NCBI GenBank assembly: GCA_024137785.1
Contig: JAHRHZ010000082.1
Span: 901,442-965,441, forward strand
DNA from: Ginglymostoma cirratum
Taxonomy: Eukaryota
Direction: 5' to 3'
DNA length: 64,000 nucleotides
Positions 38,801 to 50,565 of the stretch are shown here, piece by piece. A program made the position numbers and the translations under genes. The notes beneath the pieces were generated by a model that searched no databases, was not told the origin of the DNA, and saw nothing but the letters and a program-made list of their open reading frames with translations. Position 1 is the first letter of the stretch, and each line of letters starts with the position of its first letter.

Positions 38801-40800
38801 ATGGAAAAATACTTACATTCTTATGATAAACTTCACTCCTCTCTAATCCTGCACCCTACTTTCGGTTTCACACCTTAAAGATTGTCATCAAATCTGCTGG
38901 CAAGGGAAGCATAGCTCTTGATTGACAAAAAGCCCTCTACTTTGTTGACTAAACACCAACCATGATTCCACCACCAAACAGCAAACCATTGTTTAAGAAA
39001 CACCCATTGAGATCTTCTACCCATTGTCCTCAAACACGTTCAGCTCACTTCTACCTCCTACCCCTGATCCACAACCAGGGATGCCATTGTTTTAGCCACA
39101 TAGAACTTACTTCTGCTTATATCCGCGCTACCTTTATCATTCCTTGTCCACAAACCTCCATCAACCACTGCCAATGGTGGCACTATGGAAATGGGGATGG
39201 GCAGAAATCTCAGAGTAGGAGAGTTGTACATTATACAGATTGACAAAAGGCCATGGAGCAATTTGAAAAAAAAAGAGAATTTTAAAATCAGGGTATTGCC
39301 TGACCAACTTAGGGCAGTGAATACAGGAATCTATGTAAATTAGGATGTGCATACGCCCTGATTATTCCTCTCTTCCACAATACCATTCCTTCTTAAACCA
39401 ACATACCCTTTCAGAAGTTTTAATTGCTGCCCAAATGAAGGCCAGAGCAGATAACATTGATGAACCAAATGAGCTTTTACAACAACAGATGATCATTTCA
39501 TGGTCACCATTATTTAAGTAGCTTTCATTCAATTTTTTTTAAAAATGCTTTTAAATTTCACAGCTGTATGATGGGATTTGCAGCTATGTGGCCCTACAGC
39601 ATTAGGTGGAGCATTTGAATAACTGGCCCAGTGATATTATAGTATGGCAGCAAACCTAATGAAATGAATTCCATCTACAACAGTCCAGCTCACTAACCCC
39701 ATTGTCAATATCTCATTACAGCTTCCCGTGGTCTTCTAAAAAAGAAACAATAACTTCTAGCTTAACTGCAATTTCGACAACCACTCATTGTAGGGTAATG
39801 GTGTCAAATCTGTGGTCCAAAGGCTGATCTGCTCGAAGAATGCTTCCATCTGGACATTCATAAATGTTGCAGCTGGTGCACGTGCAGTCAAGGGGCATGC
39901 AAGAAATCAGATAAAAGAACTAAACTACTTGAAGTGAGAACTATGCAAATATGTCTTTAGCAAAAAATGGTTAAGCAAATTTTGGGTTGAATCCTGGTCA
40001 GTTTCTTTAATCTGCAACTGAGAGAAAGATGCAGCTTATTCAAAAACCTCTGCCAATACTGCTCATTATATTGGGGCGAACTACGTGATCCATTAGTCAA
40101 ACTTTTCACTCTGTGGTGAACTACTCATCCTTAATTTGACAATGATGATTGTGAAGATTACAGCATCTCAGGCACAAATGTTTGTCCTGTCATTGCTACA
40201 GTGCCAATCAACACCAGCCTGCTGAATCGCTAATACAAATATTCAGTTTAGTGCATAGTGCCACAGAAAATTTTTAGTACATCTAATATCATTAACCAAT
40301 TTAGAATTCAGAATTGATCGATAAATAAGTTGCAAAGTTAAAATTTGCAAATGGTTTTTGGCAAAAAAAAACATATGTTTTTAAGAGTTCAAATTGAAAT
40401 CAATAGAGAGCTTGTTGCATCACAAACTCTCCAGCAGCTGCTCAGAAATAATGCATGCAGGTAGCCCAAGCATCTTTGGCTAATGCATCTTTCTTTGGCA
40501 TTAGTTAATGGCACCTAGCATTGTTTTGAAACTCAATGTGAACATTTAAAATAATTAAAATAATGCCAAAAACCTCTCAGAGCATTAAGTTTACTTATGT
40601 GGTCCTTCATTGAACTTTTCAGCTTCATTTTGTTCATGCACTGTGTGTTGGGCTAGTTTGAAAGTAATCAAAATTTAAAATCCTAGTGAGCAGCCTAAAA
40701 GTTAGTAACATGAGAATGGATAATGTCAGTTTAGATAATGCAACCTCTGTGATCCTATTGCAACTGTCTAATACCACTAACCCTAATAAGAAGCTATTAC

Positions 40801-41010
40801 AGAGATAGTAAGAACTGCCGATGCTGGAGAATTTGAGATAACAAGGTGTAGAGCTGGATGAACGCAGCAGGCCAAGCAGCATCAGAGGAGCAGGAAAGCT
40901 GACTTTTCGGGTCAGAATTTCTGAAGAAGGGTCTAGACCCGAAACGTCAGCTTTCCTGCTCCTCTGATGCTGCTTGGCCTGCTGTGTTCATCCAGCTCTA
41001 CACCTTGTTA
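40801..41010. mobile_element. Palindromic family A element with intact hammerhead-like core
   Basis: Near-perfect inverted arms; core CTGAAGA-A-GGGTCTAGACCC-GAAA-CGTC at 40921-40948; 17-bp duplication TAACCCTAATAAGAAGC at 40778-40794 and 41009-41025. Confidence 0.9.
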
Positions 41011-42805
41011 ACCCTAATAAGAAGCCTGCTTATGAACAAGTCTCTGAGCAACTAGTGACATTGTATACAACAATCATTGTCATGAAAACCTTTTCTACGA
41101 TACAAATCAATTCATCTACCAGTTGGTTTAACCCCATATCTCACCTAATATAAGTCAATACTGCACATGTCGACACCTCGCCAGTGCCAGTATAGCTACA
41201 ACATTACAAGGCATGTCCTCAAACAAAAAAACACACAATCACACAAAAATATCCAAACACTGGCATTTTCAGTGTCCTTGTACCAATGCTTTCATGTTAT
41301 ATGAATGCTACAAGTCCCAATTACTGTTCTGATGTAATATGTAGATAACATAATATCTGGTAACCAGCAAGATCATCTTGAATTGTATGCAGTACGCGTA
41401 TGGGAAAATGTTACTGCTGTGGCGTGTTTGACAAAAGGTAATTGATCACAAACACATCAGGGTGGTTACACCAATTAAGCAAAACTAAAAACATCAACTG
41501 CTTAGCCTATATGCCGAATTTTCTTGGGAATTTTGAATTTAGATTTTTTAAAACTTTGATTTATAACCAATAAAAGGCTCTTATCAGAGCCTATAGTCTG
41601 GAACACATTAAAATAATTGCATTTACTACAGAGAGACAATAACACTGTCTCCAGAATTCTGTTCTCCTCTGAATTTGGAATTTAATCTCAGTAAACGAAT
41701 GAAACTATTCCTCTAATTACTTGAAGTAAATGAGGCCTTTCATACTCATGGCAACATTCCAATAGCTCACTGCCAAAGGATCACCATTCACCACAATAAT
41801 TTGCATCGTGGGTCAGACATAACGTATGTAGTGGATTGCTAGTTTCCATGCCATCTTCATCCTGAGCTTGTGATTTGTAAAATATGAGATTTGCATTTCC
41901 TTGTTGCATGTAGTGAAGTAGGTAATAAAGTCTCAGCTGGTCAAGTCAGGTGATGTAATTTTCATGCAAAACGTGGTAGGCACCTAAACAACTTTCAAGC
42001 ATGGCAATGTACAGCCTAGAGACATACTTTAAATGATAGAATCCTGTAGCTATTATAAAGAAATAGAGCCTACGCTGTTTGATAGCAAGTAACACATTTC
42101 AAACTTCAGAAAATGCTGCTTCAACTTTTACTCTATAGTTAATGAAATTGTCTCAAACCACGCACTCAGTGCTATGGAAAGTAACCCACTCTTAATTGGT
42201 GAGTTATGTTTTGCATATATAGTTATACTAATCCTATACTATTTCCAACTATAAATTACGGAACTGAATGATAATGATCTCCTTTTCCAATTTGGTTCTC
42301 TGAACAGCAAAACTTACCTCTAGCTTTGATAACTTAAATGTGGGCTGACAGACCCTTTTTTCTTCATTCATTAATTCATGCGGGCAGAAAACCAAGGTGA
42401 ACTGGCTGACAATTTCCCAGCCAACGTTTTTGGAGAGTGCTTCCTGGAAACATCCTCTCAGGAAATTAGGACCTCAACCTAGATTTCAACAAATGTTAAC
42501 ATACAGTGAACTAATGTATATATAGAAATAATACGATCAGAGTCCACCAATAAAATTGAGCCAAGGGAAGGAGAACTTATGCACTGCAATATACGAGTTA
42601 AATGTTAAAGCTTGGGGGGCATTTGGTTGCACTTATAACTCATCTGAAATTGGCAAAGCCAGCTTAAACAATTGTGGACTTTTTCTGTGTCGAGAGGTTC
42701 TGTGATCCATTGCATCCTTTCTCAAAATAAAATCACAGTAGGTTGGCCCAGACATAACACTGCCACATTCTCAAATCAAATTAACAAGTATAAGTTTTTG
42801 CTTCA

Positions 42806-43469
42806 GAGATAGTAGGAACTGCAGATGCTGGAGAATCTGAGATAACAAGGTGTAGAGCTGGATGAACACAGCAGGCCAAGCAGCATCAGAGGAGCAGGGA
42901 GGCTAATGTTTCGGGCCTAGACCCTTCTTCAGAAAAAGGCCCGAAACGTCAGCCTNNNNNNNNNNNNNNNNNNNNNNNNNNNNNNNNNNNNNNNNNNNNN
43001 NNNNNNNNNNNNNNNNNNNNNNNNNNNNNNNNNNNNNNNNNNNNNNNNNNNNNNNNNNNNNNNNNNNNNNNNNNNNNNNNNNNNNNNNNNNNNNNNNNNN
43101 NNNNNNNNNNNNNNNNNNNNNNNNNNNNNNNNNNNNNNNNNNNNNNNNNNNNNNNNNNNNNNNNNNNNNNNNNNNNNNNNNNNNNNNNNNNNNNNNNNNN
43201 NNNNNNNNNNNNNNNNNNNNNNNNNNNNNNNNNNNNNNNNNNNNNNNNNNNNNNNNNNNNNNNNNNNNNNNNNNNNNNNNNNNNNNNNNNNNNNNNNNNN
43301 NNNNNNNNNNNNNNNNNNNNNNNNNNNNNNNNNNNNNNNNNNNNNNNNNNNNNNNAGGCCTGAAACGTCAAGCTTTCCTGCTCCTATGATGCTGCTTGGC
43401 CAGCTGTGTTCATCCAGCTCCACACCTTGTTATCTCGGATTCTCCAGCATCTGCAGTACCTATTATCTC
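42806..43469. mobile_element. Family A / Penelope element with inverted termini spanning an assembly gap
   Basis: GAGATAGTAGGAACTGCAGATGCTGGAGAATC at the left end and its near reverse complement at the right end. Confidence 0.8.
42956..43355. other. Assembly gap (about 400 N)
   Basis: Run of N. Confidence 0.97.
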
Positions 43470-46019
43470 AGGTCAATAATGTTTGCCTGCAACTACTTAC
43501 GTGTTGAACTTAGTGCAGAAAACTACATTTGAATATAGAGGTGAGAATGTTAAAATTGAAGCATTGATTAACTCAAAGTCAGTAAGCAACCACAGGGGTG
43601 ATGAGTCAATGCAATTTTGAATGAAGTTTAGTGCAAATTGGGACACAGGCAGCAGATTTTCGATACCTTCTGAGTTTGCAAATGGTGGAGAATGACAGGT
43701 CAACCAGGGTGCATTGGAACAGTTGAGTCTAGAGATATCAAAGCCATGAATTAGGATTTCTGTAGAAGCTGAGCTGAGATAAGGATGGAGTCACGCTTTG
43801 TTACGGAAGTGCAATTTTGATATTTTGATGGCACAGTTTTTTCCAATACTCATTTCTGGATTAGTTTTGACACCAGGATTCTGAAAAGTTACATTTATCC
43901 TCAAAAGAGAGTTGCCAGATGAAGATGGAATCAGTGACTAAGAATTTGAAGGAAACATATCTCCAAAATTAATTGGAAGAGACTTCTGAGCTGACATTCA
44001 CTGCTGGATGTGCAGAAGTGTGACACTGGAGGAGTCAAAGAAAGTAATAAAGAGGTAGAACTAGTTTTCATCAGCATCCATGCAAAGATTGATGCTCTGC
44101 TTTCAGATGTGACTAAAAGGGCAGCAGGTTTGGAGCAGCAGGGAAACATCTTTTGGAGATATTAGAGGTAGTGGTTCAGGAGTGGGAAGAACACCCGTAG
44201 CAAATGATTCTCTAGCTACCAATGGATTGTTAAGAATGGAGTAAAGGAAGTCCAGTTCAACCTAGCTATATAGTACCATTGGATTTGGAGAAGGATGGTG
44301 TGGTCAGAGACTACAGACAGGTTAATAAGGAGAGATAGTATATCATTGTCCATCAGATAAAATGTGTCAATTGCAACTGTTTTGGTACAGTTGCTGCGAA
44401 GAGAATCTGACTGAATTCACATTTGGAGTTATGCATGTAGTAGGAGACAATACGTTTCAAGACTTTGGAAAGGAAAGGGAGATCGGAGACAGGGCTTGTA
44501 ATGATGAATGGTCATGAGTCTTTTAGGAGGGGCTACAATGGAGGGATGACAATGGCAGATTTGAACGGTTAGGAAGTTGTTATTGAAATACCTGAGGAGA
44601 GAGTTGTTATTCCAAACCAGCACGAAGCCGAGGATAAGACATTGGACAGTTAGAAGCTGGGTTACGGCTAGTAAATTAGAAGCTTAATAGGAATAAAATC
44701 AAACGAAGGTCACCTAAAAATAGGTACACGTGTGAGGGAAGACAAGCAAAACAATACACAAAAAGTTCAGGGAGAATTTTAAAAAGACGCTTGGTCCAGT
44801 GGATGGGGGAAGGGAGGGAAGCAGATAAGGTTGTTAAGTGGACGGTCTTAAAGTTAGTGACAGAAAGTTTGTGATCTCCTTGTACTTGTTCTGGGAGGGG
44901 ATAAATAAGACAGGGGAGAAAGGTCTAAAAAGGATAGTTTATAGTAGCTGCAGAAATTGTGATGAGTGGAGAGCCACAGACTATACATTTGGGATTTTGA
45001 AAGTGTAGTTCTAAGAGAATTGGGATAAGAGTTTTTGTTTTCCCCAAGGACAGAATACAAGAGGTCAGATTGGGAAAGGTGTTGAGAGTGGACAGTGCAA
45101 TGTATAAGTGTTCAGAGGATGACATAATGGACACAGCCAAGGCATGGGAGGTGATAAAGTCAAAGAGGCAACTGTAAGCATATTTACCAGAGTTTAGATG
45201 CAAGTATTTTTCTTACTGGTTTAACCAGTTAATAAAAATGCAACCTTTAAGATAGTGATACAATGCATTAAAGGATCCTGCACTTTTCATAACATTGTGT
45301 GAAAAAATGTCATCTGATTTAGAGATGACATTTCAATGCTGTACAACGGCAGTGGAGGCAACAATATGACACTTGCATTTTACAAGTCTACTGATCAGTC
45401 AACGAAAGTACAATTTGCACTTTGTGGAAAATGTTCCACAGTTGCACAGCGCCAGGGCCTGAGCAGGAATTTTTTTTAAAAAATGACCCAAAGCAGCACT
45501 TTCCAATTTGGAGAAATGTTACAAAGTATCAGGGGTTTAGCGAGAGACAAAAAAAAAAAATCACAACTCACAAATTGGGGGCATGATTACTCAAAATTGT
45601 ATTATTCTGGTGCAGTGGAAGGGAGGATTGGAGTTGGAAAAGCAGAGGTATAAGCAACAAACAGCATTTGTAAATGCTGTCAGCAAATGCGGTCGGCACA
45701 ACATCGTGGGCCGAAGGGCCTGGACTGTGTTGTACTGTTCTATGTTCTATGTAGAAGGTGGTTGTGGCCTAGAAATTGTTATGAACCAGGATTCTGAAAT
45801 CACTATTTGGTGGCGGAGGTGGATGAATGCTTTGCCCACCCTATGGAACAGCGTTAGATTAGTTAAAAAGTGGCATGTTGGAGAAATTGGGAGTTTGTGT
45901 AGGGTGGTGCTCAGGTTTATGCGCAGCATGCCCTGAAAATAAATCCCAATTTCAGAGTGTGTCACATTATGCTGTACCCAAGTGGAAATCTATTTTTGAT
46001 CTGATAAACAATGCTTTTT

Positions 46020-46435
46020 TGTCAGCCTTGGCTCTGTGCTAGAATTCTCACTTCCAGTTTAGAAAAGCATGTGTTAAAGCTCAAGTGCTTTAAAATGTTG
46101 AGCACATAATCTAGGTTCATGCTTCTTTGCAGTTCTGACAAAATGTTATGTACTCAAAGATACTGTCCTTCAGATGAGACATTTACCAGAGACTTAGTTT
46201 CACTAATCAAGTAGGCAACAAACCTACAGTCCTAGTTCAATGAGACAAAGGACATTTTCCAGGTATCTCACAAACAGTGCCTAAAATCAGAAGATCTGGT
46301 CATTTATTATTATTGTTAATGTTTAAATTGGTTTCTATGCCCCCTACTAGTGACTACATTTGTAAAGTACGCCATTGGCTATCAGTGCCTCATGTCATCC
46401 TGAGGTCATGAAAGCTGCCATATATATGCCAATAT
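46020..46435 (+). mobile_element. Old Deu-domain-like SINE (SacSINE1/AmnSINE-like)
   Basis: Degenerate tRNA head, TGAGCACATAATCTAGG, CTGTCCTTCAGATGAGACATT and tail CCTGAGGTCATGAAAGCTGCCATATATATGC. The family name is from memory. Confidence 0.55.
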
Positions 46436-47217
46436 TTTCATCTGGTAATGGCAAACATTACACTCACCATATTTCTACACACAAGGCAGAGCAGACTTCG
46501 GTACTCCAAGGCAGTAAAATAATTCTCAGGCAAGCTGGCGTTAGTAAACTACTTGTTTCTTAATCTTATTACTCTTGTATAATACTTCGCAGACTATGTA
46601 TCTTCTTGAGGTAGACTTTCCGTTAGTTTTATCAGCTCATTCCAGGGTAAAATGGCAGAGCCAGTGCAAAAGATCACAGAAACTCCAAGGTAGTTCAGTG
46701 GAAAAAAAAAGTTTTCTGCTAGCTTTAATATTGGCTTAAAAATAATTATGTCAAATCCATCACTGTCCACAGAACTAGCATATCCCCATATTGAAATACT
46801 GAGGATGGGTTGAGTGTCTTCACAATTTTACCTCTTCAAGGAAGATCTCCAGATTAAGATAATTTTGATAGGCGTACAGGTATCAGCAGACACATTTTAA
46901 TATAAATTGATATATATTGAAAATATTTAGTTTACTAAGAAACTGAGAAATGTACACCAATTCAAATAGATCGGAATTTAATTTATTTTTAGTGATTTAT
47001 TTCAGGTTATAAACAGTTGGAAGACGAGACACTTGCTGCTTTCTGTTGTTCATTGTCTGCCATTTTCATGTTACTACTTCAATAAAAAGATTTTTTGAAT
47101 TCAGAGAAACAAAATTATATTTTTATTAAGGAGAGCTATGACAGTATATGGCAAAGTTTAAGATTATGGAATGTAAGTTACCCAAACTATTCCATTACTG
47201 GCGAGACATACACACAC

Positions 47218-47675
47218 GGGGCAGTACAGTGGCTCAGTGGTTAGCACTACTGCCTCACAGCATTAGGGACCTGGGTTTAAGACCATAAGACATAGGAGTG
47301 GAAGTAAGGCCATTCGGCCCATCGAGTCCACTCCACCATTTAATCATGGCTGATGGGCATTTCAACTCCACTTACCCGCACTCTCCCCGTAGCCCTTGAT
47401 TCCACCTTTGGGTCACTGTCTGTCTGGAGTTTGCACATTCTCCCTGTGTCTGTGTGGGTTTCCTCCAGGTGCTCTGGTTTCCTCCCGCAGTCCAAAGATG
47501 TGCAGGGTAGGTGGATTGGCCATGCTAAATTGCCCGTAGTGTCCAGGGATGTTTGGGTTAGACATGGGAAATGCAGCAATAGGAGAATGAGTCAAGGTGG
47601 GATGCTCTTTGGAGGCACAGCATGGACTTGTTGGGCTGACTGGCCTGTTTCCACACTGTAGGGATTCTATGATCT
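47218..47675 (+). mobile_element. tRNA-derived SINE (HE1-like) with a CR1 tail inserted in its B box
   Basis: SINE head 47218-47279, antisense CR1 tail about 47280-47399, SINE body resumes about 47400. Confidence 0.85.
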
Positions 47676-47917
47676 GATCTTCTATATTCCATTACTGCTG
47701 CTTGATCAAACCAAATCCCTGAACAGAAGAAACTGTTTATCCAGTATGGCCACAAGGATTGACTCAGTTATATCATAACCTACAGCCAAAGTGATGTCAT
47801 GATGTTAATATGGTCCAAATTTTATAAATTTTCACTTCATTCAGGGTTGATCATGTTGTACTGGCCTGACTTTAAACATGTAATCTCTAGTGTTCGCATG
47901 TTAAATCAGCATGACTA

Positions 47918-48091
47918 ACAAAAACTGGAAATCTGGCAGCATCTATGAAGATCAGAGTTAACGTTTCGGGTCCGGTGACCCTTCCTCAGATGTTTTTCTT
48001 CACAGATGCCGCCCAGACCTGCTGAGCTTTACCAGCAACTTCCGTTTTTGTTCCTGATTTACAGCATCCGCAGGCCTTTCGGGTTTTTTTT
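47918..48091. mobile_element. Palindromic family B element with intact minus-strand hammerhead-like core
   Basis: TSD TCAGCATGACTA at 47906-47917 and 48092-48103; minus strand 47989-47960 reads CTGAGGA-A-GGGTCACCGGACCC-GAAA-CGTT. Confidence 0.88.
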
Positions 48092-48199
48092 TCAGCATGA
48101 CTACCTAGTCACATCAAATTAACACGGTGTCGTGGTGCGATGTGGCTTTGAAACGCCGTTGGGACGATCGTTTGACCCCTGTAAAAATCAATGCGCTTT

Positions 48200-48304
48200 A
48201 CAAAAAAAAACAGAAACTGCTGGAGAAGCTCAGCAAAGTCTGGGCAGCATCTGTGGAGAGAAAACACAGTTAATGTTTCGGGTCCAGTGACCCTTCTTCT
48301 GAAC
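48200..48304 (-). mobile_element. Family B element, single arm
   Basis: GCTGGAGAAGCTCAGC...GCAGCATCTGTGGAG...GTTAATGTTTCGGGTCCAGTGACCCTTCTTCTGAAC. Confidence 0.8.
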
Positions 48305-50128
48305 GGGTTTTAGAAAATGCATTTTCTTCACACCTCCGCACAGATTAAAAGCCTGAAAATTGTTTTCTGCACGACTGCTCAGGTATGTCTGAGAACAGCG
48401 AAGGTGTCTGTAACCACATGCTCATCTTCAGATTACTCCGTGCTCTGTGTTAATACAAATCGACTCTTTTTTCTTTTAGTTCGCCATCCCTACAGATACT
48501 CGTTATTGGAAGTGAGAAAGAAATGCTGGTCAGCCCCAGCCTAGCCGGTGTTCAGGTGGCAAGGAGGGAGAGCGAGCAAAAGGAAAAAAAGGAACAAAAG
48601 CATCATCGCCACTGCAAGAGGACGTGAGAGACGTGACCTGAGAGAATGAGGCGGTGAAGGGTGCTCTGTCTCCCCCAGAATCATGAGTAATTCGGCGGCG
48701 GGGGCGGGGTAAATTACAGCAAGAAAGCGGAAATACACGGAGAGAAACCAAGCCGGGTGATGCACTTGGCCGGGCTTTTTGTCTTTTTACACAAGGACGC
48801 AGTTTCAATCTCTCTGGCAGCGACGAGCTGCAGTGTTTGTGTCACAGCGGGGAAGTCGAAGCTGAGAGCTTTCACATCAAACACAGCAAAATCAATGGGT
48901 GGCCCTGGGCAACACGCTCACGGCTCGTCTCCCTCTGGCCAGTCTGCTAGGCAAAAGGGTTTATAAATTGGGATAGCAGTTGATCAGAGAGCTTTTTCAA
49001 TCTATCACATTAGATAACAAGCTTTAAAGTGTTTTCAATCTATCGAGAGAAAAACAGACAGAAATGAACCCCCTTCTGTCTCCACGCTAAAACAATGCCA
49101 TTGAATTTTTCCCGGGCCAGTCAGGACAATGGGCGCCTCGGAGGAACCACAAGGCAGTAATGTAATCAAATGGTGCGAATACTTAAAAAGGTCAAGCACT
49201 TTACAAATCCAATCGTTATTTTACTAAAAAAAAGTGTTCTTTAGTGGACGTAATTTTACTTGAGGGTTCTATTTGTCACAGTTTTTCCGTGGACTCCAGC
49301 TGATTAAGTATTCGCAGAAAGACAATGTAAGGTAGATACTTTTTTAAAGTTTGCCGAGAGACATTCTCCAGTTCAGCACAGGGGAGCACCACAGGCGAGC
49401 AACGAGACCATGCTATGCTGAACTGGGTCAAATTCAATGAAACAAACGCTTCTCCGGCCATTTCCTCCTCGGGTCTTTCAGCACTGTGACCCCCCCAGAC
49501 CACAGTGAGAAGGGGAGTTTGCCCACGTTAACAAAGACGGACAATTTGTAAGGAGCAGCAAGTATTTCTACGGCCGCTGGCTCCCGGAACCAACCCCTCG
49601 CCATTTGCACGTTGTGTAAGATGCTCGTGGTCACCTTCCCGTGAGACGAACCCACCTCCCAATTCAAAAAAAAAATCCACCTTGCGTATTATCATCAAAA
49701 TATAGTCGCAATTTGGTCGCCGGAGCCCACATCTCACCTCAACACCCTGCTAAATGCGATTTTTTTTGGTGGTGGGATGAAGGGAAAAATCATGGATCTG
49801 GGCCACGGTACTTCATCTGTTACACAATGCTGCTCTCAGTAACCTCCAAATCTAAGGTATTAAAAGGAAAGCGAGGATCCAGAATACATATCATCAATAC
49901 ATATACATATCTATGTAGCGCACCTCACCGGAGATGTACAGACCTGCTCACATGAAAGACGGATTTAAAACGTGAATTTCGAATGATGAATATAATTTAA
50001 GATATTGATGAGGCTTATACAGTCACCCTCCACAATATATCCCCCTTTGTGGCATTTGTTTTAGAAAAGGTACGCAGATGACCACAATATATTCTCGAGC
50101 TATGGATTTATAGGCTGCAGGTCCTTAC

Positions 50129-50480
50129 CTTGAGATTTTAAAATGTTTCTCCCGACACGATGAAACGTTGCTCCCGATGATGCTCTCCCCACGCTCTGCT
50201 CTTATTCACACTGCTGCGTCAGGCCGTGTGCTCGCAGCTGGTTCCGCTGGGTCTTAGTGGCCGGACCGTTCGTTTCCCATACCTTTCAGTGGGATCAGCT
50301 CCCGGCCCCAATGATTGTCTCAATTACTCAGAACAAATGCTGTCCATTCGTTCGAGCGATAAACAGAAGAGAAATACTTCAGAACGCGACAGAGAGACAA
50401 AAAGCCCATACTTCCTCCACTTGTCACTTATCTAATGCACTAATTCAATCATGACTTTGAAGCAGGTCAGGCAACTTTCT
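50129..50480 (-). other. SLC16A3: Candidate non-coding first exon(s) of SLC16A3
   Basis: Consensus donors AAG|GTAAGG (GT at 50128-50127) and AAG|GTATGG (GT at 50282-50281) lie in CpG-rich unique sequence. The ATG exon begins with a splice acceptor, so an upstream exon must exist. The 5' boundary is a guess. Confidence 0.55.
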
Positions 50481-50565
50481 GGCGGAACTTGTTTCCTCTC
50501 CCTTCCATATACACGTGAGGAAGATCAGAAATAAAACGAAAGCTTAATAGTGCTCCTTCCTGAAG

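Larger units (their letters stand above)
48120..50560. promoter_or_regulatory. CpG-enriched promoter/first-intron region of SLC16A3
   Basis: CpG density is visibly higher than in the flanks. GC box GGGGCGGGG at 48701-48709, tandem GACGTG at 48621-48626 and 48630-48635, CACGTG at 50512-50517, TTTATAAA at 48960-48967. Confidence 0.65.

Noticed and set aside
40801-41010. Palindromic elements as miRNA genes, DNA-transposon MITEs or CRISPR-like repeats
   Set aside because: They match the terminus of the GIY-YIG Penelope at 51490-51617, are dispersed and have variable TSDs. There is no repeat-spacer array and the genome is eukaryotic.
42929-43423. ORFs of 140-164 aa
   Set aside because: Almost entirely N gap.
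43540-45200. Purine-rich stretch resembling a very old antisense LINE (L2-like)
   Set aside because: Too degraded to find a diagnostic motif by eye, so not listed as a feature.
48530-49955. Short ORFs in the CpG-rich region
   Set aside because: Expected from higher GC content; no recognisable domains or consistent exon structure.
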